Part shown: piece by piece, positions 21,246 through 30,483 of the stretch
Layout of the letters: the number at the start of each line of letters is the position of its first letter
Position numbering within the stretch: position 1 is the stretch's first letter
Source: an uncultured Chloroflexia bacterium
GTDB taxonomy: Bacteria > Chloroflexota > Dehalococcoidia > DSTF01 > JALHUB01
Assembly (NCBI GenBank): GCA_963703345.1
Contig: OY969814.1
Location: 1,568,001-1,632,000 of the forward strand
Length of the DNA: 64,000 bases
Direction of reading: 5' to 3'
Position numbers and translations under genes: made by a program
The notes under the pieces: model-generated
Told to the model about the DNA's origin: nothing
Database searches by the model: none
What the model saw: the letters and a program-made list of their open reading frames with translations, nothing else

Positions 21246-21374
21246 TAGGGCAACACTACGACCGTCCTGGCGGCCTTCAAGCAAGACACCGCCGTCTACC
21301 CGGCCACGACCGCCGAAGAAGGGCTCGCGCTCGGAGCGGAGGCGCTACGACGCCGCAAGGCCGCCTAACCCACG

Positions 21375-21450
21375 CCGATCCCGCACGCTCGACATAACAA
21401 GCGGCCGCTGCGTTTCCTCCCGACCCGCAGGAGAAGGCGCAACGGCCGTC
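21375..21450. repeat. 76-bp direct repeat, copy B
   Basis: Matches 19564-19639 with 4 mismatches. Confidence 0.9.
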
Positions 21451-21659
21451 CACTGTCGTTGGTGGAGACGGGGGAGAATTGAACTCGTCTCAAGCCCGTC
21501 TGTAGGGGTCGCTAGGCGTCGCTTTTGAATCTAAAACGCCCCTTCGCCGTCGCTCCCCGTCGCCCTTCATAGCCCCCGCTGGCTGTCAAAGCTGGCTGTC
21601 AAACTCTGTCGCGTGCGACTAGCGATAGAGACGGGCATTGACGCGCCCGGCGGACGCCG

Positions 21660-22013
21660 CTACTGCACGATCACCGTCCCAGTCATGAACCGGTTAAGCG
21701 AGCAATGGTAGGTGAAGGTGCCCGCCGTCTGGAACGTGTGCGAGAAGGTGTCGCCCAACAGGTTGCCGCTAGCGAAGCTGCCGTCGTCGGCGGTCACGGT
21801 GTGCGTCGACGGGCCGTTGTTCGTCCAGGTGACGGTATCGCCGACCTTGATGGTAACAGTCGCCGGCGTGAACTCGAAGTCTTTAATCGTTACGGACGCG
21901 GTGCCCGGTGTCGTAGTGCTTTTCTTGGAACTACCACAGGCCATCGTCGAAAGGCTTCCGACGACAAGCGCAATTAATAGCGCGATCAAGCCAGCACGGG
22001 TTTTGCAGGACAT
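21660..22013 (-). CDS. Cupredoxin/plastocyanin-like lipoprotein
   Basis: Lipobox TMAC; TVTIKVGDTVTWTN..HTVT; FTYHCSLNRFMTG. Confidence 0.85.
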   Translation of the reverse strand: MSCKTRAGLIALLIALVVGSLSTMACGSSKKSTTTPGTASVTIKDFEFTPATVTIKVGDTVTWTNNGPSTHTVTADDGSFASGNLLGDTFSHTFQTAGTFTYHCSLNRFMTGTVIVQ

Positions 22014-22345
22014 GAGAACGGTCTCCTTTCCGTCTGTTGGTTCGCGGGCCCGTCCTGACCGCGCGTGTGAAGCAAATTATGTCGTCCAAGGTTAGTGTTG
22101 CACAACCTCCCTGGTGGCGGCGGTCAATAAGCGAGGGTATTCAGCAGCGAACTGCCGATGCGGGAATCATAGCACCGCGCGGGCGCTTGTCAACCTGCAC
22201 GCGAGCAGCCAGATCACAGCATGTTGGCGCTGTGTCAACTATGTCATTCGCTGGACGAGGGCAACGCGCACGCGACAAGTTGACTCACGGGCGTACAATG
22301 TGATTATCCTCGTTACTTGACCCCCGCCAACAGGGAGGTTGTGCG

Positions 22346-24613
22346 ATGCCTGCTCGAACCGTGATGCGACTGCTCCTCATGGTCCTGGCGGCAACGTTGG
22401 CCCTCCCGCTGGTGGTGAGTGTTCTTGCCCGGCGGGGGCCAGCACCCGACGCCCGCGCTGCCGACCGTGGCCCTCCCGTCATTGACACCATCAGAACAGG
22501 CTGGGGTGAGCGGGAGTCCAACGGCGTGGCCGTCAACCCCGACACAAATCTCATCTACTTGACGAACTACGGAGACGGCACGGTATCGGTTATTCAAGAC
22601 GTGCCGAGCCCCACGCCCACGCCAACCGACACGCCAACGCCTACACCGTGTATCCCGCCCGCCAATGACGACTTTGCCAATGGTACTGGCATCGGGGCGG
22701 TACCGTTCGCAACCAGCCTATCTACGATGTGCGCCACGTCGCAGGTGAAGGAGCCCCAGCCCTGTGCCATCATCGGGTTGACCGTGTGGTACAGCTACAC
22801 GCCATCTGAGACCGAGACCCTCCAGGCCGACACTGTAGGGAGCGACTACGACACGGCATTGGCGGTCTACACAGGGACCGATCTGGAGAGCCTGACCAGC
22901 GTGGCCTGCGACGACGATTCGGCGCCCGGGCTGACGTCGCTCATCACGTTCACTGCCGTAGGTGGCACCACCTATCACTTCCAGGTCGGGGGCTTTGCTG
23001 GGAGCGGAGGAGATGTCAGTTTTGGGCTAGCGCCACCAGCGCCCACCCCCATGCCTACCGACACGCCAGTGCCGACGGCGACCTGGACGCCTGCTAGTCC
23101 CACTATCACCTCCACGCCCACGAGCGTAAGGCCGGCCCCGATCGTGCACATCGACTTGACCGTCAACGGCCAGCAGGGGCCGATCACCGTCACCCTGGGC
23201 GACTCTGTTGTTTATCGGTGGGTCCTCACCGCCGAGAAGGGCCTGATGGAGTACGCGTCGGTGCATGATGACACTCACCCGGCCCTAGACGGGAGCCGCG
23301 GGCCCGGTGCTTTTACCTCTTGCGAGCGGACTGCGGTAGTGACGTTGCTGACTCCAGGCCCCGTCATCGACACGGTCAGGGCCTTCGTACAGGGTTTAAC
23401 AACTGGTGGCGACGCAGAGACTTACGCTGAGGACTATGTCAAGGTCAACGTTGTGACGCCTACGCCAACCGACACCCCAACGCCCACCGACACGCCTACG
23501 CCGACGCAGACACCTCCTCCAAATGTTGTCCAGCCACAGGTGATCGCCGTTGTGCCGTTGGACAGCAGTCCTAGATACCTGGCGATTGACGACAACACCA
23601 ACCGCATCTGGGTGGGCAACTCAGGCAGTGGCGGCAACGTCTGGGCGATTGATGGGGTGACCAACACCGTAGTGGCAACCGCGCCTGCGGGCGTCTTCCC
23701 CATGGGCGTGGCTGTGAACCCCAACACCAACCGCATCTACGTGGCCGACTATACATGGGGTGGCAACAGAGTCTGGGTCATCGATGGGGCGACCAACTCC
23801 GTAGTGGCGACCGTGTGGGTGGGCACCGACCCCTGGGGCGTTGCTGTAAATCCCAATACCAACCGCATCTACGTGGCCAATCTGGGCAGCTACAACGTCT
23901 CGGTGATCGATGGGGCGACCAACTCGGTAGTGGCGACCGTGCCGGTGGGCAATTATCCCTACGGGATTGATGTTGACCCCAAGACCAACCGCGTCTACGT
24001 GGCGAACACCGCGAGCAAGACCGTCTCGGTGATCGACGCGTCCAGCGACTTCTATTGGACAGCGACCGTGCCCGTGGACCAGAGCCCGTATGGCGTTGCC
24101 GTAAACCCCGACACCAACCGCATCTACTTGAGCGGCTCAGACCAGATGCAGAACAATGTCTTAGTCTCGGTGATGGATGGGGCCACGAACACCGTAGTGG
24201 CGAACGTGCCGGTGCCTTGGGACGACAGCACCTGGGGCATTGCGGTCAACCCTAGCACCAACCGTGTCTACCTGACCGGCTCGTATGACGCCACCCGCAA
24301 CGATGTCCTGGTGATCGATGGGGCGACCAACTCCCTTGTGGCGACCTGGCCCGTGGGCCATTCGCCCTTCGGCGTTGCCGTCAACCCCAAAAACAACCGC
24401 ATCTACGTGGCCGAGCAAGGCGACAACACCGTACGAGTAATCCAGGACTCCCCCGTGCCCGGTCCCGTTGGCGGCATCGCAGAAGCTCCGGATACTGTGA
24501 TACCAGTCAAGACCTCGCGGGATGTGCCGTATGGCGCTTTTGCTGGGGTTGCGGCCGTCATTGTCGTGCTGGCGGCATGCGGCTTGTACTCCAGGAGGCG
24601 CTGGCTGCGGTAG
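22346..24613 (+). CDS. Mosaic surface protein with YVTN beta-propeller, Pro/Thr linkers and C-terminal PVGG-TM-Arg anchor
   Basis: About 7 GVAVNPNTNRIYV repeats, PTDTPTPT linkers, signal peptide, tail PVGGIAE...TM...RRRWLR. Confidence 0.85.
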   Translation: MPARTVMRLLLMVLAATLALPLVVSVLARRGPAPDARAADRGPPVIDTIRTGWGERESNGVAVNPDTNLIYLTNYGDGTVSVIQDVPSPTPTPTDTPTPTPCIPPANDDFANGTGIGAVPFATSLSTMCATSQVKEPQPCAIIGLTVWYSYTPSETETLQADTVGSDYDTALAVYTGTDLESLTSVACDDDSAPGLTSLITFTAVGGTTYHFQVGGFAGSGGDVSFGLAPPAPTPMPTDTPVPTATWTPASPTITSTPTSVRPAPIVHIDLTVNGQQGPITVTLGDSVVYRWVLTAEKGLMEYASVHDDTHPALDGSRGPGAFTSCERTAVVTLLTPGPVIDTVRAFVQGLTTGGDAETYAEDYVKVNVVTPTPTDTPTPTDTPTPTQTPPPNVVQPQVIAVVPLDSSPRYLAIDDNTNRIWVGNSGSGGNVWAIDGVTNTVVATAPAGVFPMGVAVNPNTNRIYVADYTWGGNRVWVIDGATNSVVATVWVGTDPWGVAVNPNTNRIYVANLGSYNVSVIDGATNSVVATVPVGNYPYGIDVDPKTNRVYVANTASKTVSVIDASSDFYWTATVPVDQSPYGVAVNPDTNRIYLSGSDQMQNNVLVSVMDGATNTVVANVPVPWDDSTWGIAVNPSTNRVYLTGSYDATRNDVLVIDGATNSLVATWPVGHSPFGVAVNPKNNRIYVAEQGDNTVRVIQDSPVPGPVGGIAEAPDTVIPVKTSRDVPYGAFAGVAAVIVVLAACGLYSRRRWLR

Positions 24614-24790
24614 GGCTCGCGGTGCTGGGCGCGATGGGCGGCGTGCTGGCCATCACCGTGGCGGGAACCATGGCGGGCAAGAGGCGGGGCGGACAGCAGT
24701 AGCGTGGCCCCCACCCGTGACGCATGAGGGGAAAGCCCAATATACACGAAACAATCCGGTGCTTATGATGGGCAAGAAGGTAGGCCGGCG

Positions 24791-25033
24791 ATGATCGCCC
24801 CAGATCACTATGCCGACCCAGTGGACGATTGGATGCTGTGCGAACGGTGCCACGAGCGCCCTGCTGCATGGTTTGTGAGTCCCGGCACCGATGCTGGAGT
24901 CTATACATACTGCGATCGGTGTATGCCGGCGCGCTGGCGGGCTTGGGCCCAGCCCTACACGCCCTGGCGCAACCAAGACATTGAGAAGTGGGCCGAGACG
25001 CTTCGGCGCGGCATTCAGGAGGACAGCGGGTAG
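24791..25033 (+). CDS. Small hypothetical protein with two CxxC motifs
   Basis: CERC...CDRC; located inside the islet. Confidence 0.4.
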   Translation: MIAPDHYADPVDDWMLCERCHERPAAWFVSPGTDAGVYTYCDRCMPARWRAWAQPYTPWRNQDIEKWAETLRRGIQEDSG

Positions 25034-25158
25034 GCGCAGCTCGCCGTCCACGGTGCGCAACGAAGCGCCGCATCGCAAGCAGAGCCGCCGCCTAATTCGT
25101 CGGATCAGATAAGAGGCGGCCGCTGCGCCCATCCCGGCGCAACGGCCGTCGTTTTCAT

Positions 25159-25511
25159 TGGTGGAGACGGGGGAGAATTGAACTCCCCGTCCAGAAGAAG
25201 AACGTCCTGAGTCTCCTACAAGCTTAGCCGGCTATTTGATGTCGCGAGACGGGCTCCTGCCGACCGGATACCGCCCCGCCAGTCGATGAGTCTTTAGCTA
25301 CCCTTATCGACGTCCGGGCCACTGCACTCCGGCATTGCGTCGCCGCTTCCCAGCCCACCGGAGCGAGGCCAAGAGCGACGTAGTCGCCGTGTTTAGGCGA
25401 CTAGGGCAAACTCACGTTCGCCAGTTGTTTTTTGCCACCTGATTTTCGAGGGTGATGGCACCTCGGCTTGCAACTCAGACCCGTCGTTCCCTGTCGAGCC
25501 CTTTCGTCCCC
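25159..25511 (-). ncRNA. ssrA: tmRNA
   Basis: 5' GGGGACGAAAGGGCTCGAC, 3' T-arm GTTCAATTC...CTCCACCA, tag ORF GEREFALVA*, adjacent to smpB. Confidence 0.97.
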
Positions 25512-25543
25512 GCACGCATTATACCGTATCCGGAGAGCCTTGC

Positions 25544-25990
25544 CTAGCGGCGGATCGCCCGCTGCATCTGGCGCTCCGCCTCCCGCTTAGCTATCGCCTC
25601 CCGCTTGTCGTGACTCCGACGCCCCCGCGCCAGCGCCAGCTCCAGCTTCGCGCGACCGTTCTTCAGATACATGCGAAGCGGGACCAGCGTCAGCCCCTTC
25701 TCCTCCAGCGCCGCGCTCAGCTCCCGCATCTCCGACTTGTGCAGCAGCAGCTTGCGCCTCCGCGTCGGCTCGTGATTGAAGCGACCCGCCGCCGGGTACT
25801 GCGCGATGTGCGCGCTCTGCAGCCACAGCTCCCCGTCGTCCGGCCGCGCGAACGCCTCCCGCAGGCTGACCCGTCCCTCCCGGACCGACTTTATCTCCGT
25901 TCCCGTGAGGACAAGGCCCGCCTCCACCGTCTCCAGGATGTGGTAGTCGTGCAGCGCCTTGCGATTGACGGCGATAACCTTCTCCGCCAC
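25544..25990 (-). CDS. smpB: SsrA-binding protein
   Basis: NRKALHDY...EAGLVLTGTEIKS...RKLLLHK...DKRE. Confidence 0.97.
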   Translation of the reverse strand: MAEKVIAVNRKALHDYHILETVEAGLVLTGTEIKSVREGRVSLREAFARPDDGELWLQSAHIAQYPAAGRFNHEPTRRRKLLLHKSEMRELSAALEEKGLTLVPLRMYLKNGRAKLELALARGRRSHDKREAIAKREAERQMQRAIRR

Positions 25991-26016
25991 GGTTCCCTCC
26001 GACGCCTCAGCCTTCG

Positions 26017-27231
26017 CTACTGCCCCCCGTGGAGAAAGTCGATGGCGCTCAGCAACTGGCTGTCGCGCTTCGCCGCAACATCCGCGTCGCTGAGGCTGAC
26101 CTGGATGTCCGGCGTGATGCCCGTCTTGTCAATCCCGACACGATTCGGCGTGAGCCACTTCGCGACCGTCACGAAGAGAGCGCCGCGGTCATCACTCAAC
26201 TGCTCGGAGCGATTCACCGTCCCTTTGCCGAACGTCTTCTCGCCGATGATCGTCGCGCGGCCGTTGTCGTGCAATGCCGCCGACAGCACTTCCGAGCCGC
26301 TGGCGCTGTACTTGTTGACGAGTATCGCGATAGGTATCTGCGTCGCCTCGCCGCCGCTCTTGGCGCTGTACACCTTCTCGCTCTGATCGCGGTCCACTTC
26401 CACCAGAATCGTTCCGCTGTCCAGGAACATGTCGGCAACCTGCACCACGGTGTCGAGGAGTCCGCCGGGATTCCCGCGCAGATCGATTATCAGCCCCTTG
26501 TAGTTGCCCTTCGCTATCTGGTCGAGTTGCGGCTTGAGCTGCGACACCGTCAGCGCCGAGAATTCGCGTATCTGGACATACGCCAGGTCCGTCACGTCAT
26601 TGCCGTTTGCGTCCTTGAGCGTCCCGCCCGGCGGCTCGTTGGACACACTGTCCACCTGAATCGCGTCCCGCTTTATCGTCAGCTCCACCACCTCGCCGTC
26701 CGTGTGCTGCAGCTTCAGCCGGACCTCGCTGCCCTTAGGCCCGCGTATTTTCGTCACCGCCTGATCGATATTCCAGCCGTCCGTCGATTCCCCGTCGACC
26801 TCCAGGATGATGTCGCCGGCCCTCACGCCCGCCGCTTCCGCCGGCGTCCCCTTAATCGGCGACAGTATCACTATCTTCCCATTCTGCTGCGTCACGTTCG
26901 CGCCGATGCCCTCGAAGACGCCAGAGGGCATGATGCTGACGCCGTAGGTCTGCGGGTCGACATAATACGTGCCGGTGTCCGCCAGCGACTTCACCATCCC
27001 GTTGATCGCGGCCTGCGTCAGCGTCTTGCCGTCGATCAGCGACTGGTCGACATAATCTCGCTGCAACAGCCCGTATATCTCGTAGAGGGCGTTGAAATCA
27101 GGCGAGCCATTCGCCGTGCTCGCCTCCGAGCCGCCGCGGTTCCTCTCGAAGGTGACGCCAAGTGCGAAGGTGACGGCCGCCAGCGTGACCACCAGGGCGC
27201 CGAATACTGCCCATTTAGCCGCTTTCGACAT
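26017..27231 (-). CDS. ctpA: C-terminal processing peptidase (S41A, PDZ)
   Basis: DLRGNPGGLL, SASGSEV, GEKTFGKG, PDZ domain. Confidence 0.92.
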   Translation of the reverse strand: MSKAAKWAVFGALVVTLAAVTFALGVTFERNRGGSEASTANGSPDFNALYEIYGLLQRDYVDQSLIDGKTLTQAAINGMVKSLADTGTYYVDPQTYGVSIMPSGVFEGIGANVTQQNGKIVILSPIKGTPAEAAGVRAGDIILEVDGESTDGWNIDQAVTKIRGPKGSEVRLKLQHTDGEVVELTIKRDAIQVDSVSNEPPGGTLKDANGNDVTDLAYVQIREFSALTVSQLKPQLDQIAKGNYKGLIIDLRGNPGGLLDTVVQVADMFLDSGTILVEVDRDQSEKVYSAKSGGEATQIPIAILVNKYSASGSEVLSAALHDNGRATIIGEKTFGKGTVNRSEQLSDDRGALFVTVAKWLTPNRVGIDKTGITPDIQVSLSDADVAAKRDSQLLSAIDFLHGGQ

Positions 27232-27436
27232 CTCGTCGCTCCTTCGTGATTAGAGTGGCTCCCAACACACCGTTCACCGGAGTCTGCGGAGCTTCGGCGT
27301 CTCCGGCGAAGCTCAGTCTAGCATCTCGCGACTGCGCCCGCAATTTGACCGCCGATCGACTCGACAGGGGAACAGTTGACATAACTCCGGCGCCGGAATG
27401 GAGACGACGCTCCCGAGTCCGTCTTTGACTGACAAG

Positions 27437-28369
27437 CTAGCCGGCCCAATGCGCCGGCGCCCTTCGGCCCCTGACCGTCCCTCGGCGCTGGCGAGAGGCG
27501 TAGAGTGCCCTGTCTGCCCGCGCCAGCAGCTCCTCGCTCGACTTCGCATCGTCAGGATAAGTGCCCACGCCGGTGGAGACTTCCAGTGCCACGTCCACCA
27601 GGATCCCCGCGCCCCAGTCGCGTCGCCTCGAAACCATCTGACGTATCTTCGTCGCAATCGACCCCGCGGCCTCGGCGTCCGTCTCCGGCAGGATAAGAAC
27701 GAACTCGTCGCCGCCGTAACGCGCGGCAGTGTCGCAAGACCGCACGTTTTCCGCGAGAAGGCGCCCCAGGAAGCTCAACAACTCATCGCCGGCCAGGTGC
27801 CCGTAGCGGTCGTTGACCTCCTTGAAGCCGTTGACGTCCAGCATTATGACGCTCAGATGGCGACCGTAACGACGCGCACGCTCGAATTCAGAGCGAAGCT
27901 GATCATGGAAGTAGCGGTGATTGTACAGGCCCGTCAGGTTGTCGTGATAGGCCAGGTGGTGCAGGCTCTCGCTCAACCGCTCGAGGTGCTCCGAGTACGA
28001 CCGCTCGAGTTTCAGGTTGGCTCGCCCGGCCTGCCTGGCCAGAAGCAGCGCGTACAGCGCTACAAGGCCGACCAGGCCCGTCTCCGACACCTCGTACGCG
28101 TGAGACGGCAGCACCCATCGTCCAACCAGCGACCAAACGAGAAGCGCGGCGAACACCAGGATGCCGATGCCGCGCAAGAGCCAACCTGCGCTGCCCGATT
28201 CTACGCGCCCCCGTTCGAGTCCGGCTTCGTCCGGATCGTCCGCCGTCGCCGGGGAGCTGGCGCCTCTCATCGCTCGTCCGATCCTTCCGGGCAGCGTGAA
28301 GCTAGGTCGCGACGGCATTCGCGTAAGGCTTTTCGACCGCAGACCGGCGAGACAGGGCCGCCGCGACAA
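27437..28369 (-). CDS. Membrane-bound diguanylate cyclase (GGDEF); true start may be at 28270
   Basis: Two TMs, DNLTGLYN, RSCD I-site, intact YGGDEF. Confidence 0.88.
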   Translation of the reverse strand: MSRRPCLAGLRSKSLTRMPSRPSFTLPGRIGRAMRGASSPATADDPDEAGLERGRVESGSAGWLLRGIGILVFAALLVWSLVGRWVLPSHAYEVSETGLVGLVALYALLLARQAGRANLKLERSYSEHLERLSESLHHLAYHDNLTGLYNHRYFHDQLRSEFERARRYGRHLSVIMLDVNGFKEVNDRYGHLAGDELLSFLGRLLAENVRSCDTAARYGGDEFVLILPETDAEAAGSIATKIRQMVSRRRDWGAGILVDVALEVSTGVGTYPDDAKSSEELLARADRALYASRQRRGTVRGRRAPAHWAG

Positions 28370-28519
28370 GCGGATTCAGAGTCAACATAACAGCGCCTTC
28401 GGTAGCCCGGCTGCCGTAGCCCGCGGCACGCGGACCCTAGGCCCGTTGCTTTGCGCCCCAACCTTTCGGCTGGTTTGCCCTTGTCGAGCACTCGCGGAGA
28501 ACACTTTGCTCTCTATGGA

Positions 28520-28547
28520 TTATCGGCCGCTGTCGCAGCCGGCTTGA
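28520..28547 (-). promoter_or_regulatory. Putative sigma28-type promoter for the GGDEF gene
   Basis: TCAAG-N15-GCCGATAA on the minus strand. Confidence 0.7.
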
Positions 28548-28643
28548 CCACCTTCCGCCGAGTCAAGCTTACATAACTACCATAGTGCGATCATACGAGG
28601 ACGATTGACGAAGGCTGTTTCTGGGGAGATGTCGTCGCTGCGC

Positions 28644-29195
28644 CTAGCGGTGTCGCGTAAGCGCGAGCTCCTGATTGCTACCCAGGCGGTCCAGCCGCTC
28701 CACGACCCGCAGGTCGCGTCGCCACCGTCGCCTGCCGAGATAATGATGCGCCTCATTCGAAGAAGCGAAGTGGCTTGGCAACGTGACGAGTGAAGCTCCC
28801 ACAGCGATGGCCGTCAACGGCAAGGCGGCCCAGAGCGCCACGCCAGCCGCCAGCGCTACGACGGCGAGTCCGACGGAGGCCGTGGACGCCAGCATCCCCT
28901 GCCAGGCCGGCAAACTCCAGAACGAAACCTCAATCGACACCCGCTTTGTCACTTGCGGTTCAGGAGCAGCCATCCGCGCTAGACTGGCTCTCTCGCAATC
29001 GTAAGCAGCCCGCGAGTCCGGTGAGCCGAGCACCTCGAACGCGCGGTTTAGCTCTGCGAGGCGATGTTCTACAAAGGCATCCTCGTCCATCGCCGCCTTG
29101 TACTTGCGCGCCAGACACCAGTATGACTGAACGACCATCGTCTGATCGGCATTCGGATGGAGTTGCAGGACCTGGTAGTAGTCGCGTTCTTCCAT
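28644..29195 (-). CDS. J-domain-like membrane protein lacking HPD
   Basis: DYYQVLQL...LARKY...LNRAFEVLGSPDSRAAYD; C-terminal hydrophobic helices. Confidence 0.7.
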   Translation of the reverse strand: MEERDYYQVLQLHPNADQTMVVQSYWCLARKYKAAMDEDAFVEHRLAELNRAFEVLGSPDSRAAYDCERASLARMAAPEPQVTKRVSIEVSFWSLPAWQGMLASTASVGLAVVALAAGVALWAALPLTAIAVGASLVTLPSHFASSNEAHHYLGRRRWRRDLRVVERLDRLGSNQELALTRHR

Positions 29196-29301
29196 GCTTC
29201 GCCTTCAGATTCGTCATCGGAGCTTTGCAGGCATTTACTATAACGCGACTCCCTCGCGAAGGTTTCACACCTTTTCGTCCGAGCGCGAGAGGCGGTCAGA
29301 A

Positions 29302-29550
29302 TTATGTCAACATTCCCCTCACCTGCTGCTGCACCTCCGACAGCTCCGGGAAGTGCCCCGTCGCCACCTTCGAGTACACCAGCTCGCCGTTTACGGTCAC
29401 CTCGAACCTGCCGCCGCCCGACGGCACGAGGCGCAGCCCTTCCACGCGTTGTCCCAGCTCCGTCAGCAGCTCAGCCGCCGTCCAGACGGCTCTCAACGTG
29501 TAGTTTCAGGTCACGCAGTATTCAATCTCGATGCTCAGCTTCTCGCTCAT
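29302..29550 (-). CDS. SelW/SelT/SelH (Rdx) family selenoprotein with CxxU motif
   Basis: GGAGG RBS; MSEKLSIEIEYCVT-TGA(29506-29508)-NYTLRAVW...LVPSGGGRFEVTVNGELVYSK...FPE; hairpin GCCGT-CTGG-ACGGC 15 nt after the UGA. Confidence 0.88.
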
Positions 29551-29663
29551 GCTCTTGTCCTCCAGTTGCCGACTGTGTTAAGAGATTAGCGCGTCGTTCC
29601 TCTTATGATAAGAGCCGCGTCGCGGCTGTCAATTCGAATGGAACTCCGCAGGACTAGGAGTGC

Positions 29664-30446
29664 TTGATGCGACTTCGCCCCCGCCTTCTTGTCGTTCTGG
29701 TTTGCCTTCTCCCGATCGTCGCCTGCAGCGGCAGCGAGAAGCTCACCTATCTCGCGCTCGGCGACTCCTTCGCCACCGGCCTCGGCGCCTCCAAGGCAGA
29801 CCTTGGCTACGTTCCGCTCTTCTACTCGTACCTGCGTGAAAACCCCAAGCAGGACCTCTCGCTTGTCTCCGAGGCGGTCGTCGGCGAGACGACCGCGAGC
29901 GCCATAGCTACCGGCCAGCTCGGCAAAGCCCTCGCCGAGCTCAGGTTCCGCAATCAGGACAAAGACCCAACGAACAACGTCATCGTCATAACTCTTGACC
30001 TCGGCATAAACGACGTCAACGCCCTCGTGCCCGCCGGACAGCCTTGCGCGCCGCCCGTTGCTCCCAACAGCTCGGGCTGCGTGAGCGCCGCCAACGCAAG
30101 GGTCGATGCGGCCGAGCAGAACCTCACGGCCATCCTTCATTCCCTGCGTGTGGCCGCCGGCTCCGACGTCAAGATCTTCGTCATCAACTGCTTCAACTCC
30201 TACTCAGGCACCGGCCAGCCCATCGAAGCGACGCTGGACGCGCTCGTGACGCTCATCAACCAGAAGATCGCTGCTGTGGCCGCCCTTCCGGACGTGGACG
30301 CAAAGCTAGTCGATGCCTACGACGCCTTCAAAGGCAGAGGCGCCCAGCTTACCAGCGTCGGCGCCCCTTCCGGCGACTTCCATGCCAACGACGCCGGCTA
30401 TCGCGTCCTGGCCGACCTGCTGATCGCCGCCTACCGCAACTCCTAG
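29664..30446 (+). CDS. SGNH/GDSL hydrolase lipoprotein
   Basis: Lipobox IVAC; ALGDSFATG, GINDV, DFHANDAGY. Confidence 0.88.
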   Translation: MMRLRPRLLVVLVCLLPIVACSGSEKLTYLALGDSFATGLGASKADLGYVPLFYSYLRENPKQDLSLVSEAVVGETTASAIATGQLGKALAELRFRNQDKDPTNNVIVITLDLGINDVNALVPAGQPCAPPVAPNSSGCVSAANARVDAAEQNLTAILHSLRVAAGSDVKIFVINCFNSYSGTGQPIEATLDALVTLINQKIAAVAALPDVDAKLVDAYDAFKGRGAQLTSVGAPSGDFHANDAGYRVLADLLIAAYRNS

Positions 30447-30483
30447 CGCGCGAACAACCGCGGCATTACTGTCCAGCGCCACT

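Larger units (their letters stand above)
21459..25185. mobile_element. Integrase-less genomic islet integrated at the 3' end of tmRNA
   Basis: 28-bp exact direct repeat TTGGTGGAGACGGGGGAGAATTGAACTC at 21459-21486 and 25158-25185 (ssrA 3' end); tandem 13-mer GCTGGCTGTCAAA x2 at 21578-21603. Confidence 0.8.

Noticed and set aside
21459-21486. Possible tRNA gene
   Set aside because: Only a T-arm and acceptor fragment identical to the ssrA 3' end; interpreted as an att site
23560-24440. Repeated ~125-bp units
   Set aside because: Coding YVTN propeller blades, not a DNA repeat array
27360-27375. CTCGACAGGGGAAC resembling the tmRNA 5' region
   Set aside because: Short, opposite strand and no supporting structure; likely chance
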